Positions 17,769 to 26,044 of a DNA stretch of 64,000 nucleotides are shown in pieces. The notes beneath the pieces were generated by a model that did no database searches, was not told the origin of the DNA, and saw only the letters and a program-made list of their open reading frames with translations. Source of the stretch: Gammaproteobacteria bacterium (lineage in GTDB: Bacteria; Pseudomonadota; Gammaproteobacteria; Steroidobacterales; JABDKV01); the NCBI GenBank assembly GCA_013003425.1, contig JABDJB010000016.1:26104-90103 (forward strand), read 5' to 3'. The stretch's first letter is position 1; every line of letters begins with the position of its first letter. A program made the position numbers and the translations under genes.

Positions 17769-18475
17769 TGGACCAGCTGACTCTCGACGTTCGGCTGCCG
17801 GACCAGGCGCGTTTCAATAACTTTGTAACCGGTAGCAATACCGAAGCTGTTGCAGCGGTTACCGCGCATGCGCGCAATCGTGATGTGCCGCTGTTGTGGT
17901 TGCGTGGCCCATCTGCTGTAGGCAAGAGTCATCTGCTGCTGGCCGCGTGCCACAGCGTTACCGCGGACGGTGGCAGGGCAGCCTTTCTTTCTGCCAGTGA
18001 GGCAAGCCGGCTGGCGCCGCAGGATGTCATTACATGGGGTCGCTGCAACCTGGTGGCAGTTGACGATATTGACGGTCTGGCAGGTCACGCGGACTGGGAA
18101 GCTGCGTTGTTCGGATTGTTCAACGAACTGCGCGATCACGGCAATGCGCTGTTGGCCGCCTCCCAACTGGGGCCCCGGTCGATCGACTTTTCCCTGCGCG
18201 ACCTGGCATCACGGATGGCGTCGGGCCCCGTTTACCGTTTGCTGGCGCTGAGTGATGATCAGCGTCTCGCGGCGCTGCGTGTGCGGGCGCACGAGCGCGG
18301 CTTCGAACTGCCGGATGAAACAGGCCACTATCTGATGAGTCGTTATCCGCGTGACCTCAGTTCGTTGTTTGCGGTGCTTGACCGGCTCGACCATGCCTCG
18401 CTGCAGGCTCAGCGCCGCGTGACTATTCCATTCGTGAAAGACGTTCTGGAAAAGTCAGAGGATATCCAGAACTGA
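17768..18475 (+). CDS. hda: DnaA regulatory inactivator Hda
   Basis: 235 aa: QLTLDVRLPDQARFNNFVTG, P-loop-like GPSAVGKSHLL, and a DnaA domain III-like remainder. Joined to the upstream gene by a TAATG overlap. Confidence 0.9.
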   Translation: MDQLTLDVRLPDQARFNNFVTGSNTEAVAAVTAHARNRDVPLLWLRGPSAVGKSHLLLAACHSVTADGGRAAFLSASEASRLAPQDVITWGRCNLVAVDDIDGLAGHADWEAALFGLFNELRDHGNALLAASQLGPRSIDFSLRDLASRMASGPVYRLLALSDDQRLAALRVRAHERGFELPDETGHYLMSRYPRDLSSLFAVLDRLDHASLQAQRRVTIPFVKDVLEKSEDIQN

Positions 18476-18802
18476 TTCGGGCGGTCGCCCTATACGGGCG
18501 GCTCCGTTGACCACGACAATGGGCCGTTGCAGGAGTCGCGGGCAATTGTGCATTGCGCTAATCAGATCCTCGTCCGTTGTCGCCGGGTCCGACAGCCTGA
18601 GCTCACGGTATTCTTTCTCGCCGCTGCGGATCAGCTCGCGCGGTGTCATGCCGAGCAGTCCCAGCAACTCGCGGATCTGCTGCGCACTCGGGGGAGTTTC
18701 CAGGTAGAGAATCACCCGGGGCTCGATGCCACGCTTCTCCAGCAGCGCCAGCGTGGCACGTGATTTCGAGCAGCGTGGGTTGTGATAGATGGTAACTTCC
18801 AT
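18455..18802 (-). CDS. arsC: arsenate reductase (glutaredoxin-coupled ArsC family)
   Basis: MEVTIYHNPRCSKSR...ILYLETPPS...LLQRPIVV...RIGRPPESVLDIL follows the R773-type ArsC layout with the catalytic Cys. ATG 18802 is preferred over 18811. Confidence 0.88.
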   Translation of the reverse strand: MEVTIYHNPRCSKSRATLALLEKRGIEPRVILYLETPPSAQQIRELLGLLGMTPRELIRSGEKEYRELRLSDPATTDEDLISAMHNCPRLLQRPIVVVNGAARIGRPPESVLDIL

Positions 18803-18910
18803 GCCGGCCATTCTGGCGCGACAGGGGATGTTGCGCCACTGCTTGACGCCGCGGCAGCGTGCTTGCTACGTTGTTTTCATCAGATAAATCGTGACCTTAG
18901 GTTCGTTTGC

Positions 18911-19228
18911 ATGCAGCGGATAAAGCGGGTGTTATTGAAAGGCTGGGTCACCGCGTGGGTCATCGCCTGCGCGGTAACGCTTTCCGCCTGTGTCGGGCCG
19001 CCGGTGCAGGAGATGAGCAACGCCCGCCAGGCAATAGCTGCAGCCCAGGAAGCCGGCGCCGGCAAAGTTGCCGCGGAAAATCTGGAGCGCGCCGACACCT
19101 TGCTGCGCTCCGCCGAACAGCGGCTGCAGGAAAAACGCTATCGGGAGGCGCGCCGCGCCGCTATCGCTGCAAAGCAGGAAGCCGTCGAAGCCCTGGCTCG
19201 AACAAAAAACGCTGACGATAATAAATGA
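18911..19228 (+). CDS. DUF4398-like lipoprotein
   Basis: Starting at ATG 18911 gives MQRIKRVLLKGWVTAWVIACAVTLSAC with lipobox LSAC, followed by a helical Ala/Glu/Arg-rich domain. The track extension from 18782 overlaps the arsC start region. Confidence 0.7.
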   Translation: MQRIKRVLLKGWVTAWVIACAVTLSACVGPPVQEMSNARQAIAAAQEAGAGKVAAENLERADTLLRSAEQRLQEKRYREARRAAIAAKQEAVEALARTKNADDNK

Positions 19229-19497
19229 CCGCCGTATGCCGGCGGTTTTTTGTGAGCGGCCGGGTGCAGGGGGTTTTCTTCCGCGCGACTACGTCACGGG
19301 TTGCTCGTGGCCTTTCATTGACCGGCTATGCCCGAAACCTGGCCGATGGCCGGGTAGAGGTGCTTGCTTGCGGGCCGGGCCAAACGGTCGATGAGCTGGA
19401 ACAATGGTTGTGGCAGGGATCGTCTGCCAGCTCTGTCGACGATGTCAGCAGTGATGTGGTCGACGTTGATCCGCCGGCGGGTTTTACGACCGGCTGA
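19225..19497 (+). CDS. acylphosphatase
   Basis: 90 aa with V-x-G-x-VQGV-x-FR (FVSGRVQGVFFRATT) and GYARNLADGRVEV. Has an ATGA overlap with the upstream gene. Confidence 0.9.
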   Translation: MTAVCRRFFVSGRVQGVFFRATTSRVARGLSLTGYARNLADGRVEVLACGPGQTVDELEQWLWQGSSASSVDDVSSDVVDVDPPAGFTTG

Positions 19498-19500
19498 ACG

Positions 19501-21138
19501 CTACGCCGTGCTGTTGAGCATCGTGCCGCTGGCGATGGCGGAATCGCCATACGCCGCGCCATAGTTGGCCAGCGCGCCACGCAGCCCCGCCATCAATCCG
19601 CCGAGAAACAGCTGCGATGCGCCCAGGTTATGGCGGATGCTGGACGTCAGCTCCTGCCGGTCGATGCGACCGAAACGGTGGCCGACCGGCGATTCGAGGT
19701 CGAACAGCAGCCCGAGGCGAGAGTCGCCGTCCGGCGTGTTGGCACGCAGAGAGCCGAGAATGTCATTACGCAGTCTGTCCAGCGATTCGCTGCGAAGGGT
19801 ATTTTCCGCCGGATGAAATACATCGTTTATCAGGTCAATCGTCGCGTCGACTGAGTCAGCAATGCGATAGCTGCGCGAGCGCGAGACTCCGCTGCTGCCG
19901 ATCGCGTTGTAGGTTTTTTCCGCCACACCCAGCGCATCGAAAAACTGCGTGCCCTGGTCATCGATGCTTAGCGCCATGCCTTCGATGTCGGCCTTCAGGG
20001 AGATGCGTTGTCCGCCCTGCACGAGGCTGGCGGTGATATCGATGTCTGCGTCATTGATGATTGATACAACATCCGACAGCGAATCAGTAGTGACGTCGAT
20101 ATCGAAGTTGTAACCGTTGATCAGCAGGCCACCGCTGCTGACGCTGCTGAAGCGCGTGGTCTGGTCGAGGGCAATGTCGGCCTCGCTGTCCAGTCCCGGG
20201 CTACTGGACACACCGTCGAGTTTTACCGCAGAGAGGAACCCGGAGTCATCGTTTGACAGCACTATGTCACTGGCCGACCCGGGTGTCCGGCGGGTGAGCC
20301 TGACCGTTTCGCTGTTGGTGTCGAAGACCGCATTGACATCCGCTGCCGACGCACTGATTCGGCTCAATACGTCGTTTATCGAGTCAGAATCATTTACATT
20401 GATCGTCACGCCATTGATGTCGAAAGACCCGGCACTGACCGATTCGCCCAGATCGAAATTAGGCCGGTCGTTGCGGGTGCCATCGAATGGGTTGTCAGGA
20501 TCGACCGCGCTGGGGGTGTTCTCGTAGACGTCGAGATAGAACTCGTCACCCTGTACCAGCGTGCCGGCACCAAGCTGGAATTTCAGCCCGTTGCCAATAT
20601 TGTATTGCTTATCCAGCGCGTGCCATGGCTGGACCTTGATAGTCTTGATCTTGCTTCCCGAGCCATCGTAAACCTTGACCTCAATTTTCGAGGCACCGTG
20701 CACGCCCGTCCTGGTGACCAGGAAACGCAAGGAGTCGTCGCCATTCTCGCCGTTATAGACATTGGAGATTTCCGGTAGCGCATCCGAGCCGCCCGGGCCG
20801 GTAAAGACGGGCCCGAATGGTGAATAGGACGTCGTTGCCGTGTTGACTTCTTCGCTGGTGTTGAGCGTGGTTGCGGTCTGGGTGGTATTGAGGCCAAGGC
20901 TTTGCGATGTGACTGCTGCCTTGCCCGAGCTGGTACGGACCCGCGCCCGCGTCAGCAGGTCGTCGAGCTGGTTCAGGGACTTTGTGAGCTGGCTGACGCG
21001 ACGGTCGTTCAGGCCGAGCTGGGCCGATTCGGCCGGCGATACCGCTGGAGTAATGCCCGTCCCTGCCGATAAGTCGGAGCGGGAAGGTCTGACCTGGAGA
21101 TACCGGACCAGGTTATCGAAGTGGAAGCCGACCTGCAT
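19501..21138 (-). CDS. hypothetical protein with two FliD (HAP2)-like tandem repeats
   Basis: 545 aa, rich in Asp/Ser/Thr/Asn/Gly, with no signal peptide or TM helix. The two repeats are SVSAGSFDINGVTINVNDSDSINDVLSRISA... and SVSSGGLLINGYNFDIDVTTDSLSDVVSIIND.... AAGGAAG lies upstream of the ATG. Confidence 0.6.
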   Translation of the reverse strand: MQVGFHFDNLVRYLQVRPSRSDLSAGTGITPAVSPAESAQLGLNDRRVSQLTKSLNQLDDLLTRARVRTSSGKAAVTSQSLGLNTTQTATTLNTSEEVNTATTSYSPFGPVFTGPGGSDALPEISNVYNGENGDDSLRFLVTRTGVHGASKIEVKVYDGSGSKIKTIKVQPWHALDKQYNIGNGLKFQLGAGTLVQGDEFYLDVYENTPSAVDPDNPFDGTRNDRPNFDLGESVSAGSFDINGVTINVNDSDSINDVLSRISASAADVNAVFDTNSETVRLTRRTPGSASDIVLSNDDSGFLSAVKLDGVSSSPGLDSEADIALDQTTRFSSVSSGGLLINGYNFDIDVTTDSLSDVVSIINDADIDITASLVQGGQRISLKADIEGMALSIDDQGTQFFDALGVAEKTYNAIGSSGVSRSRSYRIADSVDATIDLINDVFHPAENTLRSESLDRLRNDILGSLRANTPDGDSRLGLLFDLESPVGHRFGRIDRQELTSSIRHNLGASQLFLGGLMAGLRGALANYGAAYGDSAIASGTMLNSTA

Positions 21139-21279
21139 GTTCTGCGCATCTTCCTTGATGACTGGAGGACAGGGTGGCGTAAATCTACCAGAAATGCTGC
21201 GAAGTAACTCACGTTACTTCTTGTTTCTTATTAACTTAATAGGTGCCAGGCAGCCAAGCCGGCATTTTGTACTGACGCG

Positions 21280-21834
21280 TCAGGAGCGGAACCACTTGCG
21301 GCGCAGCTTATCCAGCACCTTGTCGGGGTATTTACGCCGGCCGAGACTGCCGTTATAGCGGGCCAGGGCACGCACCATGTCGCCTTTTTCCCGGTCCAGG
21401 TAGTAGCGCAGGATCGTGCAACCCATGCGCAGGTTGGTATCAACGTGAAACAGGTTGTCGTCGGGCCGGCCAATTTCGTCCAGCCAGAAAGGCATGACCT
21501 GCATCAGCCCCAGGGCGCCGGCCCACGAGATCGCGTAGCGGTCAAAATTACTTTCAACATCGATCACGGCCAGGACCAGCTCCGGTGGCAGGTCGACACG
21601 CTGTGCCTCGCGATGCACCTGGCGCAGTATTTCCAGTCGCTCCTCCGCATCCGGCAGCTGCCGCTGCAGCCGGGCTGACATATCGGTCAGCCATACTTCT
21701 GCCGCAAAGCGATCTTCAAAACTTTCCGACTGTTCCACCGCGGTGATCAGCAGGTCGCGCAGGTCAGGATCGGGTTGCGACGCGCCCAGCAGCGCCGGCA
21801 ACAGCAGGGCGGCGGTCAGGAGGGCCGGCCGCAT
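21280..21834 (-). CDS. lytic transglycosylase (SLT domain) protein
   Basis: Signal peptide MRPALLTAALLLPALLGA. Catalytic region VIDVESNFDRYAISWAGALGLMQVM. The start lies 1 nt after the proS stop. Confidence 0.88.
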   Translation of the reverse strand: MRPALLTAALLLPALLGASQPDPDLRDLLITAVEQSESFEDRFAAEVWLTDMSARLQRQLPDAEERLEILRQVHREAQRVDLPPELVLAVIDVESNFDRYAISWAGALGLMQVMPFWLDEIGRPDDNLFHVDTNLRMGCTILRYYLDREKGDMVRALARYNGSLGRRKYPDKVLDKLRRKWFRS

Positions 21835-21835
21835 T

Positions 21836-23551
21836 TTAGCTGTTCACCGCCAGCTTGCTGTCGAGCCAGGCGTCCAGCTCCGCCGCGGGTATGTTTTCGT
21901 TGTCGTCATCGCGCCGGCCCCGGCACTCGATCGTGCCGGCATCGAGGCCGCGCTCGGCAACGACCAGTCTCACGGGTATTCCGAGCAGCTCGCAGTCGGC
22001 AAATTTCACGCCCGGCCTGAGGTCGCGGTCGTCAATGATGACCTCGTAACCCTGCTCGCCGAGGCGAGCATAAAGTTCGTTTGCCGCGGAGCAAACACGT
22101 TCGGACTTGGCCATGTTGATGGGTATGATCATGATCTGATACGGGGCTATAGCGGCGGGCCAGATAATTCCGTTGTCATCATGATTCTGCTCGATGGCTG
22201 CTGCCACGATGCGCGTCACACCTATGCCATAGCAGCCCATCGGCATGGCGATGCTCTTGCCGTCGCGGTCGAGCACGGTGGCATCCATTGGCTTGCTGTA
22301 CTTGGTCTCCAGCTTGAAGATGTGTCCCACCTCGATGCCGCGGGCGATCTCCAGTGTGCCCTTGCCGTCGGGACTGGCTTCACCGGCGGTGACATTGCGC
22401 AAATCAGCACATTCGGGTTGCGGCAGGTCCCGTTCCCAGTTGACGTTGCGAAGGTGATATCCGTCTTCGTTGGCGCCGCAGACAAAGTCGCTCAGCTGTG
22501 CCGCCGCGTGATCAGCGATTACCGGGCAGGCCAGGCCCAACGGCCCCACCGAGCCCGGGCTGCTGCCGGCCGCCTGCTGCACCTGCGACGCAGACGCCAT
22601 GCGCAGCGGGTCAGCAACGCCGGGCAGTTTGGCGGACTTTATTGCATTGAGCTCATGGTCGCCGCGCAGTACCAGCGCGACAACATCGTCATCGCTGCCA
22701 GCGACGAACAGGGTTTTTACACAGCTGGCCGCCGGCACGCCGAGCGCCTGGCTTACCTGCTCGATCGTTTGTGCCCCCGGTGTGGCAACTTTTTCCAGCG
22801 CTGCTTCCGGTTCAGGACGCGGGCCCGGTGGTGGTGGCGCTGCTGCTGCTTCCATATTGGCCGCGTAGTTGCTTGCGTTTGAGTAAACAATTGCATCTTC
22901 GCCGGAGTCAGCCAGCACGTGGAACTCATGTGACACTTCGCCGCCGATAGCGCCGCTGTCGGCTTCCACTGCGCGAAATTTCAGGCCGCTGCGTTGAAAG
23001 ATGCGCGTATACGCCTGGTACATGTCCTGGTACGTCTGGTGCAGCGAGTCGGTATCAATATGAAATGAGTATGCGTCCTTCATCACGAATTCACGGGCAC
23101 GCATCACACCGAAGCGCGGGCGGATCTCGTCGCGGAACTTCGTTTGAATCTGGTAAAAAGTGACGGGCAGCTGTCGATAGCTGCGCAGCTCGCGTCGGGC
23201 GATGTCAGTGATGACTTCCTCATGCGTCGGGCCGTAGCAGAATTCGCGCTGATGGCGGTCGGTGAAGCGCAGCAGCTCCGGTCCGTAGAAATCCCAGCGG
23301 CCGGACTCGTGCCACAGCTCACCGGGCTGCACGCTTGGCAGCACGAGTTCGAGGCCCCCGGCACGATCCATTTCCTCGCGCACAATGCGCTCTACCTTGC
23401 GCACCACGCGCAGGCCGAGCGGCAGCCACGAGTAAATTCCGGCAGCCAGCTTGCGGATCAGGCCGGCACGCAGCATCAGCTGGTGGCTGATAATCTCGGC
23501 GTCAGCCGGTGCTTCCTTCTGGGTGGCGATGGGCAGGGCGGTCAGGCGCAT
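21836..23551 (-). CDS. proS: proline--tRNA ligase
   Basis: Starts at ATG 23551 ([46 protein letters not shown]) and gives 571 aa, the bacterial type with an editing insertion. The track ORF to 24139 is an artefactual N-terminal extension. Confidence 0.95.
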   Translation of the reverse strand: MRLTALPIATQKEAPADAEIISHQLMLRAGLIRKLAAGIYSWLPLGLRVVRKVERIVREEMDRAGGLELVLPSVQPGELWHESGRWDFYGPELLRFTDRHQREFCYGPTHEEVITDIARRELRSYRQLPVTFYQIQTKFRDEIRPRFGVMRAREFVMKDAYSFHIDTDSLHQTYQDMYQAYTRIFQRSGLKFRAVEADSGAIGGEVSHEFHVLADSGEDAIVYSNASNYAANMEAAAAPPPPGPRPEPEAALEKVATPGAQTIEQVSQALGVPAASCVKTLFVAGSDDDVVALVLRGDHELNAIKSAKLPGVADPLRMASASQVQQAAGSSPGSVGPLGLACPVIADHAAAQLSDFVCGANEDGYHLRNVNWERDLPQPECADLRNVTAGEASPDGKGTLEIARGIEVGHIFKLETKYSKPMDATVLDRDGKSIAMPMGCYGIGVTRIVAAAIEQNHDDNGIIWPAAIAPYQIMIIPINMAKSERVCSAANELYARLGEQGYEVIIDDRDLRPGVKFADCELLGIPVRLVVAERGLDAGTIECRGRRDDDNENIPAAELDAWLDSKLAVNS

Positions 23552-23852
23552 GAAGATTCCTCGCGGGAAAGGCGCATAGTATAGAAAACTTGTGTCCGAA
23601 GTCGTTGATTTTCGTGACCGGGACGAGTAGATTTCCGGCACTTTTTTGCGGGCCAGCCGGCCCGGACCTGCCGATGGCGATATTTTCAACAGCGATTCCG
23701 ATCCACGCCAGACCTGCAGCCGCAGGGCTGCAGTGCCGCGGTGGCAAGCCGGGACGCGTGTATGCCTGCTGCCCATGCAGCCGGACAGCGACCTGCCGGG
23801 CGGCAGTGGTATCGCGCACAATGCGGGTTGACGGTGAGGAGACGGAGCGCCG

Positions 23853-24476
23853 ATGAGACGCAACAGTTCTATTTTTATCGCCCGTGACGGCTGGTTGTTC
23901 ATGGTCGGCGCGATACTGCTGCTGATCGTCGCCATTCGTACGCACAGCATGGCGCTTGGCTTGTTCGCGCTGGTGTTGCTGGTGTTACTGATCCTGCTGT
24001 TTCGTGATCCGCCGCGGGAAATTCCCTCTGTTCCGCTGGCGGTCGTTGCACCCGTTGATGGCCGCGTCATTGCGGTCGCGTTTACCGACAAGGGAGTGCT
24101 CGAGCGCGAGGCCGCGCACATCACGATCCGGGTAGACAATTTTGGTGCCTACACTGCACGTAGCCCGATCGAGGGCAAGGTACTCAACCTGCAGGACAAC
24201 TTTGCTGCCGGGTCGCGTCTGACCGGGGTCAACGGGCTGTGGGTGCGCACCGACGAGGACGATGATGTAGTCGTATTGATGAAAGCACCGCGCATGTTCA
24301 GGCCAAAGTCCTTTATCAACTACGGCGAGCGTCTGGGCCAGGGGCAGCCCTACGGCTTTGTACGATTGACGCGCCGGGTTGAAGTTTACGTGCCGCTTAA
24401 CAGTCGCGTTGCCGTGGCCGTTGGCGACTACGTGCGTGCCGGCAACGATATACTGGCGCGGCTGGTACACGACTAG
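23853..24476 (+). CDS. phosphatidylserine decarboxylase-related protein (short form, atypical processing site)
   Basis: 207 aa with two N-terminal TM helices, then [12 protein letters not shown]. The C-terminal block [14 protein letters not shown] aligns with the short-form consensus G-x-I-R-F-G-S-R-V-D-V-Y-L-P, but has T-R in place of G-S. Confidence 0.75.
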   Translation: MRRNSSIFIARDGWLFMVGAILLLIVAIRTHSMALGLFALVLLVLLILLFRDPPREIPSVPLAVVAPVDGRVIAVAFTDKGVLEREAAHITIRVDNFGAYTARSPIEGKVLNLQDNFAAGSRLTGVNGLWVRTDEDDDVVVLMKAPRMFRPKSFINYGERLGQGQPYGFVRLTRRVEVYVPLNSRVAVAVGDYVRAGNDILARLVHD

Positions 24477-24520
24477 CCGGCTTTTTTGTGGCTGCTCAGC
24501 AGCCGTGGCATGATTATCCG

Positions 24521-25345
24521 ATGGCAGTTAACCCAGTGAAAAAACGCAGCCTCAGCCGGCGCGGCATTTACCTGCTGCCCAATCTCCTTACGACTGCAGC
24601 ATTGTTTGCCGGTTTTTATGCGGCCATCGCGGCAATAGACGGCGCCTTTATGCGTGCAGCCATTGCGATTTTCGTCGCAATGGTGCTCGACGGCGTCGAC
24701 GGCAGGGTGGCACGGCTGACCGGCACTGACAGCGACTTTGGCAAGGAGTACGACAGCCTTTGCGATATGGTCTCGTTCGGGCTGGCGCCGGCACTGGTGG
24801 TTTACCAGTGGGGCCTGCAGAACATCGGTGACAGCACGCTTGCCTGGAGCAAACTGGGTTGGCTTGCGGCATTTTTCTATGCGGTAGCCGCGGCATTGCG
24901 GCTGGCACGATTCAATTCCCGGCCGGCCGCTGACAAGCGGTTTTTTGAGGGTCTGCCGAGCCCATCGGGTGCGGGCCTGGTCGGCGGCTGGGTCTGGCTC
25001 GGCACGCAGTACCAGCTTGCCGGAACCTACGCGCTGATACCCGCGTTCCTGGTCACCGCCGCCGCCGGCATCCTGATGGTCAGCAGCCTGCGCTATTACA
25101 GCTTTAAAGAATTCAATCTGGGCGAGCGCATCCCGTTTACCCAGGTAATTTTGATTCCTGCGGTTTTTATGCTTATTTCGCTGAACCCGCCGGTAGTGCT
25201 GTTCGGCATGTTCGCCGGTTTCGCGCTCACCGGCCCGCTATATGCGCTGTATCGCCTGATGCGGCGCCGGCGACGCAAAGCATCGGACGATGTGACGCCC
25301 GGTGCGGATGAAGGCGACGGATCGCCGCGCGACAAGACGGCCTGA
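24521..25345 (+). CDS. pssA: CDP-diacylglycerol--serine O-phosphatidyltransferase
   Basis: DGVDGRVAR-x8-G-x3-DSLCD CDP-alcohol motif in a multi-TM protein. ATG 24521 (MAVNPVKKRSLSRRGIYLLPN) is preferred. GTG 24488 is possible. Confidence 0.9.
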   Translation: MAVNPVKKRSLSRRGIYLLPNLLTTAALFAGFYAAIAAIDGAFMRAAIAIFVAMVLDGVDGRVARLTGTDSDFGKEYDSLCDMVSFGLAPALVVYQWGLQNIGDSTLAWSKLGWLAAFFYAVAAALRLARFNSRPAADKRFFEGLPSPSGAGLVGGWVWLGTQYQLAGTYALIPAFLVTAAAGILMVSSLRYYSFKEFNLGERIPFTQVILIPAVFMLISLNPPVVLFGMFAGFALTGPLYALYRLMRRRRRKASDDVTPGADEGDGSPRDKTA

Positions 25346-25348
25346 CAG

Positions 25349-26044
25349 GTGCCTGCTCCCGCAACGGACAAGCTGGCGCTCCTGCATGCCATGGGTGTAC
25401 GGGTGTGGTTATCGCGCAATGCGCCGGCACGACCTGCGGACGAAGTGCAGGGTACGCCAGCAACCTGTACAGGTGCGGCTGCGGCCGGACTTGACTGGAG
25501 TGATCTGGAGACGGCCGTAGCGCAATGTCGTGCCTGTGATCTGCACCGCGGGCGTACTCAGACCGTGTTTGGAGTCGGTAACCAGGATGCCCGGTGGATG
25601 ATCATCGGCGAGGCACCCGGGGCGGAAGAAGACCGGCGTGGTGAGCCATTCGTTGGCCGGGCCGGTCAGCTGCTCAATGCCATGCTGCTGGCGGCCGGAT
25701 ACAAGCGTCACGAAGTTTATATCGCCAACATCGTCAAGTGCCGCCCGCCGAACAACCGCGATCCGCGACCGGAGGAGGCAACAGCCTGCAGCAGTTTCCT
25801 CGCGCGGCAGATAGAACTGGTGCGGCCCCGGCTGATCCTTGCAGTTGGCAGGGTCGCCGCGCAGCGGCTGCTGCAGACCGATACACCGGTCGGCAAAATG
25901 CGTGGCCGGCTGTACCATTACGGTGACGAACCCGGGGTTCCCGTGGTCGTAACCTATCATCCGGCTTACCTGCTGCGTTCGCCAGGTGCCAAGGAAAAGG
26001 TCTGGCAGGATTTGCTGTTCGCGCTGGAGCAGGGTGACGGATGA
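25349..26044 (+). CDS. uracil-DNA glycosylase, family 4
   Basis: [30 protein letters not shown] and HPAYLLR motifs. Confidence 0.9.
   Translation: MPAPATDKLALLHAMGVRVWLSRNAPARPADEVQGTPATCTGAAAAGLDWSDLETAVAQCRACDLHRGRTQTVFGVGNQDARWMIIGEAPGAEEDRRGEPFVGRAGQLLNAMLLAAGYKRHEVYIANIVKCRPPNNRDPRPEEATACSSFLARQIELVRPRLILAVGRVAAQRLLQTDTPVGKMRGRLYHYGDEPGVPVVVTYHPAYLLRSPGAKEKVWQDLLFALEQGDG

Noticed and set aside
18455-18802. Stand-alone arsC as a remnant of an arsenic-resistance island
   Set aside because: No arsR, arsB or acr3 and no mobile-element signature lie nearby. Solitary ArsC-family reductases are common chromosomal genes, so I do not treat it as an island.
21243-21259. TGGCAC on the minus strand upstream of the FliD-like gene, considered as a sigma-54 -24 element
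   Set aside because: The expected -12 TGC at 5-nt spacing is absent (TGGCACctattAAGTt), so the site does not fit the sigma-54 consensus.
21743-22882. 379-aa plus-strand ORF
   Set aside because: It lies entirely antisense to proS and has an Arg/Ala/Gly/His-rich, low-information composition. This is a typical shadow ORF of a GC-rich gene on the opposite strand. proS is strongly supported.
23552-24139. N-terminal extension of the proS ORF to 767 aa
   Set aside because: Homology-like sequence begins at [13 protein letters not shown] (ATG 23551). The extension is Ser/Arg/Thr-rich and would overlap the psd-like gene on the other strand.
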